The position numbers were made by a program, and so were the translations under genes. The notes beneath the pieces were generated by a model, which worked only from the letters and a program-made list of their open reading frames with translations, was not told the origin of the DNA and made no database searches. From assembly GCA_950069165.1 (NCBI GenBank), contig CATMIT010000003.1:1-40719 (forward strand): 40,719 nt of DNA. Reading direction: 5' to 3'. Below, piece after piece: positions 1 through 9,695 of the stretch; within the stretch, counting starts at the first letter, position 1, and every line of letters begins with the position of its first letter. The stretch comes from an uncultured Flavobacteriales bacterium. Lineage in GTDB: Bacteria; Bacteroidota; Bacteroidia; Flavobacteriales; BACL11.

Positions 1-2
1 TA

Positions 3-443
3 AAAGGAGCAAGAATTTGGCAAGGAGCAACTAATTCACTTCACAAAGAAATGAAAAATGTAGGGTTTTTACGCATCCGTATTGATTGGATAGAAGCTTG
101 TTTCTCAAAAAATGAAGTGGATGAAATCTGGATTACTTTCCCGGATCCTCAATTAAAAAAAAGAAGAGGGACAAAACGCTTAACGCATCCAAATTTTCTG
201 AATAGATATAAAAACATACTTAAAAAGGAGGGACTCATTCACTTAAAAACAGATAGTCAGTTTTTACATGGTTTTACTTTGGGAGTGATTGCTGGGGAAA
301 ATCATTTTTTGGAAGACAGTACGAATGATCTATACAATGATGCGATTAAAAGAGAGCACATGGAAATCAAAACCCATTATGAGCAAATCTATTTGAATAA
401 AGGATTGCCCATTACATATTTGAGGTTTAGGCTGAATTATTAA
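3..443 (+). CDS. trmB: tRNA (guanine-N7)-methyltransferase, 5'-truncated by window edge
   Basis: Frame is open from position 3 (KGARIWQGA...). Contains the TrmB motifs EIWITFPDP and LIHLKTD, plus KRLT and THYE. Confidence 0.92.
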   Translation, partial: KGARIWQGATNSLHKEMKNVGFLRIRIDWIEACFSKNEVDEIWITFPDPQLKKRRGTKRLTHPNFLNRYKNILKKEGLIHLKTDSQFLHGFTLGVIAGENHFLEDSTNDLYNDAIKREHMEIKTHYEQIYLNKGLPITYLRFRLNY

Positions 444-763
444 TGGAAGATAATTTCTTTAATAAAGTATATGAGGTCGTTAGGATAATTCCAATAGGAA
501 GAGTAACTTCCTATGGCGCTATTGGTAAATATCTTGGGAGTGCAAAGTCTGCCAGAATGGTGGGTTGGGCGCTTAATAAATGCCCCAATGATGTGCCAGC
601 ACATAGGGTTATAAATCGTAATGGTTTGCTTACAGGAAAAGCGCATTTTAATGGAATTAATCTCATGCAACAACTCTTGGAAAATGAAGGAATTGTAGTA
701 GAAGAAAATAAAGTAATTAATTTAGAAAATAATTTTTGGGACCCATCAAAAGAATTGCTTTAA
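443..763 (+). CDS. MGMT-family alkyltransferase-like (ATL) DNA-binding protein
   Basis: IPIGRVTSYGAI HTH-like motif, ARMVGWAL and VPAHRV (Ala where active MGMTs have Cys in PCHR). TAATG overlap with trmB. Confidence 0.85.
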   Translation: MEDNFFNKVYEVVRIIPIGRVTSYGAIGKYLGSAKSARMVGWALNKCPNDVPAHRVINRNGLLTGKAHFNGINLMQQLLENEGIVVEENKVINLENNFWDPSKELL

Positions 764-779
764 TTCAATCTAAAAAACT

Positions 780-787
780 TATCTTTG
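780..787 (+). promoter_or_regulatory. Bacteroidota -7 promoter element for mrp
   Basis: TATCTTTG matches TAnnTTTG, 17 nt before the ATG at 805. Confidence 0.6.
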
Positions 788-804
788 CATTCTTAAACTT
801 CACA

Positions 805-1926
805 ATGAAGCTTACCAAACAACAAATAGAAGAAGCCTTATCACACATTACATTGCCTAATGAGGAGAAAAATATTGTGGAAAGTGGGGCGATAAAAAAT
901 ATTCAAATTTTCGGAACTGATGTGGAGTTGGATGTAGAGATAAAGAATCCTACTTTGCAATACAAGAAAAAAGTGGAAGTGGATTGTATGAAAGCAATAC
1001 ACGATTATGCCTATGAAAAATCTGCTGTAAAAATAAATTTGATTATCAACGCTCCTGAAAAGGTAACGCAAATAAAAGGAAATCCTATTCCTAATGTTAA
1101 AAATATCATTGCCGTATCTTCAGGTAAAGGTGGGGTAGGCAAATCAACCATTGCCGCAAACTTGGCTGTAGGATTAACCCAGCTTGGCAATAAAGTTGGG
1201 GTAGTTGATGCAGATATTTACGGTCCATCTATGCCCATGATGTTTGATTTGGAAGGGGCTGTTCCGCAAGGAATAGATGTAGACGGTAAAACAAAAATGA
1301 AACCTCTTGAAAGTTATGGAGTAAAATTGCTTTCTATTGGCTTTTTCGCACAAAGCCAGCAAGCAGTAGTTTGGAGAGGCCCCATGGCATCAAAAGCATT
1401 AAACCAACTTATTTGGGATGCACACTGGGGAGAGCTGGATTACTTAATTATTGATTTGCCACCAGGAACAGGAGATATTCATTTATCTTTGGTACAGTCT
1501 ATTCCTTTAACTGGGGCTATTGTAGTTAGCACCCCTCAACCCATTGCTTTGGCTGATGCCAGAAAAGGGGTGAATATGTTCCAAATGGAAAGTATTAATG
1601 TACCAGTTCTTGGAATTATTGAAAATATGGCTTATTTCTCTCCTTTGGACATGCCTAATAAAAAATATTATATCTTTGGAAAAGAAGGGGCAAAAGAATT
1701 GGCAGAGCAATTGAATATCGAATTATTGGCAGAAATCCCAATTGTGCAATCGGTAAGAGAGGCCGCAGATGCTGGCAGACCCGCTATTTTGCAAATCGAC
1801 AGTCCAATTGCAAAATCATTTCTAACTTTGGCAAAAAATGTAGTTGCAATGATTGATAAAAGAAATACCAAAATAAAACCAACCCAGGCCGTAAAAACAA
1901 CTCATTCAAGGGGTTGTTCAAATTAA
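805..1926 (+). CDS. mrp: Mrp/NBP35 (ApbC) Fe-S cluster carrier ATPase
   Basis: SSGKGGVGKST P-loop, DADIYGPS, WRGPM, DLPPGTGD, ENMAYF. Start moved to the ATG at 805, downstream of the promoter motif. Confidence 0.92.
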   Translation: MKLTKQQIEEALSHITLPNEEKNIVESGAIKNIQIFGTDVELDVEIKNPTLQYKKKVEVDCMKAIHDYAYEKSAVKINLIINAPEKVTQIKGNPIPNVKNIIAVSSGKGGVGKSTIAANLAVGLTQLGNKVGVVDADIYGPSMPMMFDLEGAVPQGIDVDGKTKMKPLESYGVKLLSIGFFAQSQQAVVWRGPMASKALNQLIWDAHWGELDYLIIDLPPGTGDIHLSLVQSIPLTGAIVVSTPQPIALADARKGVNMFQMESINVPVLGIIENMAYFSPLDMPNKKYYIFGKEGAKELAEQLNIELLAEIPIVQSVREAADAGRPAILQIDSPIAKSFLTLAKNVVAMIDKRNTKIKPTQAVKTTHSRGCSN

Positions 1927-1936
1927 AAAGAAAATT

Positions 1937-2191
1937 ATGGGAATAATTACAGACAGGGAACTACTTAGTAAAATTGAAGGAGCATTGGATGAGATTCGGC
2001 CTTACCTTGAGGCAGATGAAGGGGATATTAAACTAATTGAAGTGACAGATGATATGGTGGTTAAAGTAAAACTTATGGGAGCTTGTAGTAGTTGTAATGT
2101 GAGTATGATGACCATGAAATCAGGGGTGGAACAAGCCATCAAAAGGGCTGTGCCAGAAATAAAAGAGGTAATAGACATTACTTCTTTATAA
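1937..2191 (+). CDS. NifU/NfuA-like Fe-S scaffold domain protein
   Basis: IRPYLEADEGD and GACSSC (CxxC) motif; adjacent to mrp. Confidence 0.88.
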   Translation: MGIITDRELLSKIEGALDEIRPYLEADEGDIKLIEVTDDMVVKVKLMGACSSCNVSMMTMKSGVEQAIKRAVPEIKEVIDITSL

Positions 2192-2193
2192 TT

Positions 2194-2973
2194 TTACTTC
2201 AATTCTTCTGGAATAGTACAAACCGGAATTTCCTTCATTTTATGCAAATTTACTTTTCTTAAATGTCTGTAAATTTTCAACACTTCCTTTTCTCTTTCCG
2301 ACAAACCATTTTCTTCTAATGAAAAATCCATAGCCCATTCCAGTTCTGGATAAGTAGCTCCAATTTGCTCTTCATCTGTTCTGTTGTCATTCCATAAGCC
2401 ATCCGTTGGAGCTGCAGTTTGTATGGCTTCAATAATAGTTAACTGTTTACCCAATGTAAAAATTTCCGATTTTGTTAAATCGGCAAGGGGGCTCAAATCA
2501 ACCCCACCATCTCCATTTTTTGTAAAAAATCCAATTCCAAAATCCTCAACTTTATTACCCGTACCAAGCACCAAATAGTTATTCAACTGAGCAAAATAAT
2601 AAAGGGTAGTCATTCTGATTCTGGCGCGAGTATTGATAAGGGCTCTCTCGGAAGTTTCTTCTGTTTTACTTTTAGGCAATAGCGCTATAAAAGAATCAAA
2701 AAGTGGAGTGAGGTTTATTTCCATTGCACTTACATTAGCATAGTCGTTTTTCAGCCATTTTAAATGATTGATTGCTCTTTCTACTTGTGTGGCACTTTGG
2801 TGTATTGGCATTTCAATACAAAGTAAAGGGAGTTCGGTTTTTGCACCCAATACAGAAGCTACGGCAGAATCAATTCCTCCCGAAATACCAATTACAAATC
2901 CTTTTGTTTTCGATAAGTTAGAATATTGTTTGAGCCAGCTAACAATATGTTTGATTATTTTTTCTTCTTGCAC
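2194..2973 (-). CDS. nadE: NH3-dependent NAD+ synthetase
   Basis: GISGGIDSA PP-loop, NTRARIRM, GTGNKVE, APTDGLW. Start inferred at GTG 2973 (MQEEKII), downstream of the promoter motif at 2988-2995. Confidence 0.93.
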   Translation of the reverse strand: MQEEKIIKHIVSWLKQYSNLSKTKGFVIGISGGIDSAVASVLGAKTELPLLCIEMPIHQSATQVERAINHLKWLKNDYANVSAMEINLTPLFDSFIALLPKSKTEETSERALINTRARIRMTTLYYFAQLNNYLVLGTGNKVEDFGIGFFTKNGDGGVDLSPLADLTKSEIFTLGKQLTIIEAIQTAAPTDGLWNDNRTDEEQIGATYPELEWAMDFSLEENGLSEREKEVLKIYRHLRKVNLHKMKEIPVCTIPEELK

Positions 2974-2987
2974 AAAATATGTTTTCG

Positions 2988-2995
2988 CAAAAGTA
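2988..2995 (-). promoter_or_regulatory. Bacteroidota -7 element for nadE
   Basis: Minus strand reads TACTTTTG (TAnnTTTG). Confidence 0.55.
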
Positions 2996-3027
2996 ATTAT
3001 TGTTTTCATTAAAACTAAATAGATTCT

Positions 3028-3035
3028 TAATTTTG
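3028..3035 (+). promoter_or_regulatory. Bacteroidota -7 element for gldB
   Basis: TAATTTTG, 5 nt before the GTG at 3041; divergent from the nadE promoter. Confidence 0.55.
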
Positions 3036-3040
3036 CAAAT

Positions 3041-4039
3041 GTGAAAGTATCCAAATTATTTTTCTTATTTCTTGTTGTAGTCCTTTGTGTTTTTGTTTTC
3101 AGAAACAACAAGTCTGACACTGCAAAAACGAAAGCAATAAAAATTTATCGATTTGAGCAAACTCTTTTTACAACCGATAGCATTAAAATTAAGGATGATA
3201 TTCTGGAATGGGAAACAGAGCTTGGTTCTTTTTTCGAGAGTTTTAATCAGGAAATTTTAAGAACAAATTCCCAAAGCGCAGGATATAGAGATGAAATTTT
3301 ATCATTTGTTTACCATCCAGACATGAGAGAGGCATACGATACGCTAATGAAAAAATATCCGAATGTAGATTTTTTGGAAAGGGATTTAGCAGATGCTTTT
3401 GACAGATACAAACATCATTTTCCTGAAAGAAAAGCACCAAGAGTCATTACTTATTTTACTGGTTTCAACTTTGGAGTGGTTACAAATGACAGTATTCTCG
3501 CTATTGGCTTGGATTATTTTCTGGGTAAAGACTGCTGTTTTTACAAGCGACTAAGTTTCCCAGAATACATGCGTTTTAAAAATCAGAAAAAATTTATTTT
3601 GCCTTACTGCTTTGAGGCAATTGCTAATAATGAGTTTGGGGCCTTTGATAGGGGAAATGACTTTTTATCTCAGATGATTTATAAAGGGAAAATCATGTAT
3701 TTTTTGGATGTAATGTTACCTCAGCTCCCGAAAGCCGATAAACTCAGATTTAGCAAAAAACAAATTGCTTGGTGTGAGGATAATGAGCAATCTATTTGGG
3801 CTTATTTTATTCAAAACGACATTCTTTTTTCTACCGATATAAAGCAGTATAATAGTTACATCAACTATTCGCCTTTTGCAAAAGGAATGTCAAACAAATC
3901 TCCAGGAAGAATTGCCTATTGGCTAGGATGGAAAATTGTGAACGAATATATGGAAAACAATACGAGCGTTACTTTAATAGAATTAATGCAAAACACAAAG
4001 CCCCAAGAAATTTTACAACAATCGGGCTACAAACCTTAA
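3041..4039 (+). CDS. gldB: Gliding motility protein GldB
   Basis: IYRFEQ, GLDYFLG, MIYKGKIMY, SPGRIAYWLGWKIV and terminal SGYKP are typical of GldB; followed by gldC and divergent from nadE. Confidence 0.85.
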   Translation: MKVSKLFFLFLVVVLCVFVFRNNKSDTAKTKAIKIYRFEQTLFTTDSIKIKDDILEWETELGSFFESFNQEILRTNSQSAGYRDEILSFVYHPDMREAYDTLMKKYPNVDFLERDLADAFDRYKHHFPERKAPRVITYFTGFNFGVVTNDSILAIGLDYFLGKDCCFYKRLSFPEYMRFKNQKKFILPYCFEAIANNEFGAFDRGNDFLSQMIYKGKIMYFLDVMLPQLPKADKLRFSKKQIAWCEDNEQSIWAYFIQNDILFSTDIKQYNSYINYSPFAKGMSNKSPGRIAYWLGWKIVNEYMENNTSVTLIELMQNTKPQEILQQSGYKP

Positions 4040-4045
4040 AGAATA

Positions 4046-4384
4046 ATGATGAAAAAATCAAAAATTAGTTTTGAAATTGAGCTAAACGAAAACAACATTC
4101 CGCAAAATATTCAGATGAGCAGTACAGATGGACAGCTAAAAAAGGTAGAGGTAAAATCTTTTTTAATTTCGGCTTGGGATAAAAAAACAAATGAAACTTT
4201 ACGAATTGATCTTTGGACAAAGGACATGATGGTAAGTGAGATGCTGATTATGTATCATCAAACGCTACTCTCAATGGCAAGTTCACTAGAAAAAGCCACT
4301 AATGAAACCAATCTAGCAGATGCGCTAAGAGATTATTGTGCATTTTTTGGGGAGCAGTCAGGAATAATAAAAGCTAAGAAGTAA
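4046..4384 (+). CDS. gldC: Gliding motility protein GldC
   Basis: ELNENNIP and [11 protein letters not shown] motifs; directly after gldB. Confidence 0.9.
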   Translation: MMKKSKISFEIELNENNIPQNIQMSSTDGQLKKVEVKSFLISAWDKKTNETLRIDLWTKDMMVSEMLIMYHQTLLSMASSLEKATNETNLADALRDYCAFFGEQSGIIKAKK

Positions 4385-4979
4385 AAAGAAGATTCGTATT
4401 TTCAATAAAGTCAAGAATTTCCTTACTTCCTTTTCTTTTAGGCACTGACGCGAAAAAAGTTTGAGGTATCTCTTCCCATTGTTTTAGCATCTCAGTTTTG
4501 TAATTTTCTATATTTTTTTTAAGTGCAGTCTTGCCTAATTTATCAATTTTTGTAAAAATCATAAGAAAGGGTATTTGCTTTTCGCCCAACCACTTCATAA
4601 ATTCCAAATCAATTTTTTGGGGCTTGTGTCTGCAATCCAAAAGCACAAACAGGCACATTAAATTCTCCCTATATTCCAGATAATTAAAAATAATTTTTTG
4701 AAATTCTTGCTTTTGTGTTTTAGAAACGGTAGCATAGCCATAACCAGGTAAATCCACCAAATACCACTCTTTATTTATTAAAAAATGATTGATAAGTTGT
4801 GTTTTCCCGGGCTTTCTTGAAATTTTAGCAAGGTGTTTTTTATTTGTAATGAGATTAATAATGGACGACTTGCCAACATTTGATCTGCCAATAAAAGCAT
4901 ATTCTGGCATATTTGCTTTTGGGCAATGGGTATAATCCGTATTACTGATAATAAAATCGGCACTTTTTATCTGCATCAC
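4374..4979 (-). CDS. yihA: Ribosome biogenesis GTP-binding protein YihA/YsxC (EngB)
   Basis: [21 protein letters not shown] and TKID G-motifs. Confidence 0.94.
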   Translation of the reverse strand: MMQIKSADFIISNTDYTHCPKANMPEYAFIGRSNVGKSSIINLITNKKHLAKISRKPGKTQLINHFLINKEWYLVDLPGYGYATVSKTQKQEFQKIIFNYLEYRENLMCLFVLLDCRHKPQKIDLEFMKWLGEKQIPFLMIFTKIDKLGKTALKKNIENYKTEMLKQWEEIPQTFFASVPKRKGSKEILDFIENTNLLFTS

Positions 4980-4985
4980 AAAATT

Positions 4986-5744
4986 TTAGAAATGATTACC
5001 CATCCAATCAATGGTAATTTCGCTAAACTTTTCAGGGTGCTCCCACATTGGCGAATGCCCACATTTGTCAATCCAGAAAAGTTCGGAATTAGGGAAAAGA
5101 CTATGAAATTCCTCAGCAACATGTGGGGGGGTTACCTTGTCTTGCTTTCCCCAAATAAGGCAAACAGGCATTTTAAAGTTAGGGATATCTTCAGCCATAT
5201 TGTGTCGTATTGCCGATTTTGCAAAAGCAAGTAATCGGATTACGGAATCTCTTTTATTTGCTATATCAAATACTTTATCTACCAATTCTTTAGTAGCAGT
5301 TTTCGGATCATAAAACACTTCTTCTGTTTTTATTCTTATATACTCATAATCACCTCTTCTAGGAAATGAATCCCCCATTGCTTTTTCGTACAAACCAGAA
5401 CTCCCTGTTAGCACCATACCCTCTACCTTTTCTGGATATTTTTTAGAAAAAACAAGGGCAATATGTCCTCCCAGTGAATTTCCAACTAGTACGGCTTTCT
5501 TTAATTTCTTGTGATTCATAAAATCATTAAGATATTCTGCCAAATACTTTATAGAAGTTTTCAGCAAGGGGACTTTAAAAAGTTTTAAATCAGGAGCAAG
5601 AACTTTAAATCCGGCATCAGCTACTACATCTACCATAGTTCCAAAATTATCTACCCCGCCCATAAGACCGTGTAATAAAATTAGAGGGACTCCTTCCCCT
5701 TTTTCAATATATGTGAATTCACCTTCTTTTTTTATCATCTTCAA
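4986..5744 (-). CDS. Alpha/beta-fold hydrolase
   Basis: LLHGLMG oxyanion motif, GNSLGG nucleophile elbow, IWGKQD, CGHSPM. Start could be the ATG at 5738. Confidence 0.88.
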   Translation of the reverse strand: MKMIKKEGEFTYIEKGEGVPLILLHGLMGGVDNFGTMVDVVADAGFKVLAPDLKLFKVPLLKTSIKYLAEYLNDFMNHKKLKKAVLVGNSLGGHIALVFSKKYPEKVEGMVLTGSSGLYEKAMGDSFPRRGDYEYIRIKTEEVFYDPKTATKELVDKVFDIANKRDSVIRLLAFAKSAIRHNMAEDIPNFKMPVCLIWGKQDKVTPPHVAEEFHSLFPNSELFWIDKCGHSPMWEHPEKFSEITIDWMGNHF

Positions 5745-5852
5745 TATTTTTCAACAGTTGCAAAGTAAAGAAATTTTATTTGATAGGAGTATTGAATATT
5801 TATTCTTCTGAATACCATTTGAGAAACAGAGAAAATGGATAAAGTTTTCAAC

Positions 5853-5880
5853 AAAGTGGTAAAATGTGGTAAAATGTGGG
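5853..5880 (+). promoter_or_regulatory. Putative MraZ operator (direct repeats)
   Basis: AAAGTGGT-AAAATGTGGT-AAAATGTGGG: GTGG at 5856, 5866 and 5876 (10-bp period) upstream of mraZ, resembling known MraZ binding repeats. Confidence 0.75.
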
Positions 5881-5917
5881 GCATTTATAATATATTTACA
5901 CCCATTAAAAAAGAAAA

Positions 5918-6397
5918 GTGATTAATCTGATAGGAACATATGAATGTAAGTCTGATGCAAAAGGTCGTATCATGCTTCCCTCCGCTCTAAAAAAACAATT
6001 ATCTCCTGTGATGCAAGATGGTTTTGTAATAAAAAGAAGCGTTTTTAATAATTGCTTGGAGATGTATCCAATGAAAGAATGGAATACAATGGCAGCACAG
6101 GTGAATCAATTAAATCGGTTTATAAAGAAGAATATTGATTTTATACGCTCGTATATGTCAGGATTAAAAATAGTAGAAGCAGATGGAAATGGTAGAATAC
6201 TTATCCCAAAAAACCTAATTGTTTTTGCTGGAATTGACAAGGAAATTGTGCTAACTGCATCCGTAAATGTCATTGAGATTTGGGATAAGCAGCAGTATGA
6301 AGACACCATAAAATCAACATTGAAAGACTTTGGAAAATTAGCGGAAGAAGTAATGGGGAATCAGTCACATGTAAAGAGGGAGGATGATGTATCATGA
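5918..6397 (+). CDS. mraZ: Division/cell-wall cluster transcriptional repressor MraZ
   Basis: Two DxxGR repeats (DAKGRIMLP, DGNGRILIP) and IEIWD; first gene of the dcw cluster; GTG start. Confidence 0.95.
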   Translation: MINLIGTYECKSDAKGRIMLPSALKKQLSPVMQDGFVIKRSVFNNCLEMYPMKEWNTMAAQVNQLNRFIKKNIDFIRSYMSGLKIVEADGNGRILIPKNLIVFAGIDKEIVLTASVNVIEIWDKQQYEDTIKSTLKDFGKLAEEVMGNQSHVKREDDVS

Positions 6398-7280
6398 GCC
6401 GGTTTTACTAAGTGAGAGTGTGGAGGGGCTTAGTATAAATCCCAACGGAATTTATATAGATGTAACATTTGGTGGGGGTGGACATTCGAGAGAAATTTTA
6501 AAAAATATTAGCACAGGGAAGTTGTATGCTTTTGATCAAGATACAGATGCTAACAATAATATTTTAGAAAATAATAATTTCAAATTATTGAATACTAATT
6601 TCAGAAACATTAAAAACTTTTTAAGATTGGAAGGGGTAAATAAAATTGATGGATTGTTGGCGGACTTAGGTGTTTCTTCTCATCAATTTGATATTTCAGA
6701 AAGAGGATTCTCCACTCGATTTTCAGGACCATTGGATATGCGTATGAATCTCAATTCTGAATTGGATGCCAAGCATATCATTAATAATTATTCAGAAGAA
6801 GATTTAGCAAAAGTATTTTTCGAATATGGTGAACTTAGAGAATCAAGAAAAATTGCCAAAACCATTGTTACAGCTAGAAAGGAAAAACAGATTCTAACCA
6901 CTAATCAGCTTTTAGATTGCATGCAGCATTTAACCATTGAGAGAAAAAGAAATCAGTTTTTTTCAAGGGTTTTTCAATCCATACGAATTGAGGTAAATGA
7001 TGAAATAGGAGCATTAAAAGCAATGCTAAATGCAGCAACTGACTTATTAAAAGTTGGCGGTAGATTATCGGTAATCTCCTACCATTCATTGGAAGATAGA
7101 TTGGTAAAGAATTTGGTAAAAAAAGGAAATATAGAAGGAAATCTGCAAAAAGATTTTTACGGAAATCCTTTCAAGAAATTTAAAGAAATCAGTAAAAAAG
7201 TAATTATTCCTTCTGAAAAGGAAATAAAAAACAACCCAAGAGCAAGAAGTGCAAAGCTAAGGATTGCTGAAAAAATATAG
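6384..7280 (+). CDS. rsmH: 16S rRNA m4C1402 methyltransferase
   Basis: HEPVLL, DVTFGGGGHS, DLGVSS, LDMRM, SYHSLEDR, NPRARSAKLR. Confidence 0.96.
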   Translation: MMYHEPVLLSESVEGLSINPNGIYIDVTFGGGGHSREILKNISTGKLYAFDQDTDANNNILENNNFKLLNTNFRNIKNFLRLEGVNKIDGLLADLGVSSHQFDISERGFSTRFSGPLDMRMNLNSELDAKHIINNYSEEDLAKVFFEYGELRESRKIAKTIVTARKEKQILTTNQLLDCMQHLTIERKRNQFFSRVFQSIRIEVNDEIGALKAMLNAATDLLKVGGRLSVISYHSLEDRLVKNLVKKGNIEGNLQKDFYGNPFKKFKEISKKVIIPSEKEIKNNPRARSAKLRIAEKI

Positions 7281-7281
7281 A

Positions 7282-7611
7282 ATGAGAAGTAAAAAAGCGC
7301 AAGAGCAAAATATTATTACCCAAATAATTAGAGGAGATTTTCTTTCTAAGAAGGAGAATCAGGAACACCTACCATTCATCCTATTTGTTGTGCTTTTAAT
7401 CATCATCAATATTACCCTTTACTACAATGCTGAGCATCTCGCCCGAAATATTGATAAAGCAGAAAAAGAGTTATATGAATTGCGAGTGGAATACATTACT
7501 ACAAAGTCGGAATTGATGGGTAAATACAAAAGATCAACAATTGAAAATACAGTGGTAAGTATGGGTTTAAAATCATCACTAATAGCTCCAAAAATTATTG
7601 AAGAAAACTAA
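7282..7611 (+). CDS. ftsL: FtsL-like cell division protein
   Basis: Single TM followed by a coiled-coil segment; located between rsmH and ftsI. ATG at 7282 preferred. Confidence 0.75.
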   Translation: MRSKKAQEQNIITQIIRGDFLSKKENQEHLPFILFVVLLIIINITLYYNAEHLARNIDKAEKELYELRVEYITTKSELMGKYKRSTIENTVVSMGLKSSLIAPKIIEEN

Positions 7612-9695
7612 TGAATAAACAGAAAGGGAATATAAACTGGCGATTGATTTTTCTGTATTTTTTTATGATTCTTTTTGCATTTATCATTTTATCTCAGGTT
7701 TTTGTAATCCAACAATTAAAAGAATCATTTAGTCAGAACCAACCCGAGTTTATAACGGTTGAGGCGCCAAGAGGAAATATTTTCTCTGATGATGGAAGTC
7801 TGCTTGCGATATCTATGCCTCTTTATGATGTGCATATTGATTTTCAAACAATAGATAATGACACTTTTCGCAAGTACATTTCTGCCTTAGCCAAGAAATT
7901 GGAAAATTTATTTAACGATAAAACTGCTTTGGCTTATGAAATTGAGTTTCGAAATGCAAAAAAGAACAATGAAAGATATTATTTTCTTAAAAAAGAAATG
8001 ACTTACAATAAAGTAAAACAACTAAAATCTTTCCCAATTTTTAAGATGGGTCAATTTAAAGGAGGGCTAATTTGTGAGAGAAAAGAAAATAGAGAAATAC
8101 CATTTCAACTGTTAGCAAAACGAACAATAGGATATGAAAGGCAGGGGATAAAGCCAATAGGAATTGAAGGAGCTTATAACCAAATTTTGAAAGGGGAAAA
8201 CGGTAAAAAGTTAGTACAAAAAATTTCTAAAAAGGTTTTGATGCCAATCAATTCTAATGCGAATGTATTGCCAAAAGCCGGAGATGATGTAATAAGCACT
8301 ATCAATATTGATTTGCAGGATGTTGCTGAACGGGCATTAATAAATGCACTTGAGAAACATAAAGCAGAATTTGGTTGTGTGGCTGTGATGGAGGTGAAAA
8401 CAGGAAAAATAAAAGCAATTGCTAACCTCAGAAGATTAAAAGAAGGATTGTTTATTGAAGATTACAACTATGTGATAGGGGAACATTCCGAGCCTGGCTC
8501 TACCTTCAAATTGGCTTCTATTTTGGCTGGATTGGAAGATGGATTTTTCAAATTATCAGATAGTGTAGATACCGAAAATGGCAGGTGTAAATTTTTTGAC
8601 AGAACCATGATTGATTCCAAAAAAGGGGGTTATGGAAAAATAACAATTGGGGAAGCTTTTGTAGTATCATCAAATGTTGGGATTTCCAAAGTTATAAATA
8701 ATGCTTATGCCAAACAACCAGAAAAATTTGTAGATAGATTATACAAATTTCAACTAAACACTCCACTTAATATTGAGATTCCAACTCCAGAAAACCCTAA
8801 AATAAAAACACCAAAAAGTCTTGATTGGTCAGGCACCACTTTGCCTTGGATGTCCATTGGTTATGAAGTGAGTTTGACACCGCTTCATCTGCTGACATTT
8901 TATAATGCAATAGCAAATAAAGGGCGAATGGTAAAACCACTTTTTGTAAGCGGCTTAAAAAGAAATGGAAAATTTATTGAAGTATATAATACAGAAGTTA
9001 TCAATCCTGCAATTTGTGCCAGAACAAATATCGAGCAAATTATCCCTTTAATGATACAAGTAGTGGAGAGAGGGACAGCAAAAAACATAAAAAGCAAACA
9101 GTATAGTATTGCCGGAAAAACGGGTACTTGTCAGCTTAATTATTGGAAAAGAAAAAAAGGAGAGAAAAAAAGCTATCAAGCATCTTTTGCAGGATTTTTT
9201 CCAGCAGATAATCCAAAATATTCATGTATTGTAGTGATAAGTAACCCGACAGAAAACGGCTTTTATGGCGCAAAAGTGGCAGCACCCGTATTTAAGGAAA
9301 TTGCAGATAAAGTTTTTGCATCTGACTTGGAATTGCATGAAGTGTTTACCGCCCAAAAAAACACAAGTTCGCCTTATACCAAAAACGGAAACAATTATGA
9401 TGCACAAGTTGTTTTAAGCGAGCTAAATATTCCTTTCCAAGCTGATAAAACCAATTGGATAATTGCTAGTGCTAAGCAAGATATTATTGAGCTAAAAACA
9501 CGGAAAATAGAAGAAGATTTAAAAGATGGCTTTATTCCTGAATTAAGAGGAATGGGGATTCAGGATGTGCTTTTTCTTTTGGAAAACAATGGGCTTAAAG
9601 TTCATTTTTCAGGGAAAGGAACAATAAAAAATCAAAGTTTAAAAAAAGGAAAACGATTTAAAAATGGAAGTGAAATAATTTTGGAATTAGCATGA
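7611..9695 (+). CDS. ftsI: Class B penicillin-binding protein (PBP3) with C-terminal PASTA-like domain
   Basis: N-terminal TM, RGNIF, EPGSTFK (SxxK), SSN, GKTGT. Confidence 0.93.
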   Translation: MNKQKGNINWRLIFLYFFMILFAFIILSQVFVIQQLKESFSQNQPEFITVEAPRGNIFSDDGSLLAISMPLYDVHIDFQTIDNDTFRKYISALAKKLENLFNDKTALAYEIEFRNAKKNNERYYFLKKEMTYNKVKQLKSFPIFKMGQFKGGLICERKENREIPFQLLAKRTIGYERQGIKPIGIEGAYNQILKGENGKKLVQKISKKVLMPINSNANVLPKAGDDVISTINIDLQDVAERALINALEKHKAEFGCVAVMEVKTGKIKAIANLRRLKEGLFIEDYNYVIGEHSEPGSTFKLASILAGLEDGFFKLSDSVDTENGRCKFFDRTMIDSKKGGYGKITIGEAFVVSSNVGISKVINNAYAKQPEKFVDRLYKFQLNTPLNIEIPTPENPKIKTPKSLDWSGTTLPWMSIGYEVSLTPLHLLTFYNAIANKGRMVKPLFVSGLKRNGKFIEVYNTEVINPAICARTNIEQIIPLMIQVVERGTAKNIKSKQYSIAGKTGTCQLNYWKRKKGEKKSYQASFAGFFPADNPKYSCIVVISNPTENGFYGAKVAAPVFKEIADKVFASDLELHEVFTAQKNTSSPYTKNGNNYDAQVVLSELNIPFQADKTNWIIASAKQDIIELKTRKIEEDLKDGFIPELRGMGIQDVLFLLENNGLKVHFSGKGTIKNQSLKKGKRFKNGSEIILELA

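Noticed and set aside
736-804. ORF-track upstream starts for mrp (also ftsL 7264, porP 33058, gldK 34050)
   Set aside because: These are TTG-type starts overlapping upstream genes, promoters or hairpins. Downstream ATGs with A-rich context give better N-termini.
2974-3120. N-terminal extension of NadE overlapping gldB
   Set aside because: It overlaps the divergent gene and spans both promoter motifs; GTG 2973 gives a normal NadE N-terminus.
4374-4384. Convergent 3' overlap of gldC and yihA (and the 2-nt gap between nifU-like and nadE)
   Set aside because: Consistent with ordinary genome compaction; no evidence for antisense regulation from sequence alone.
6378-6389. Shine-Dalgarno-like GGGAGG before rsmH
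   Set aside because: Only 0-3 nt from the ATGs and inside mraZ codons; Bacteroidota generally do not use SD pairing.
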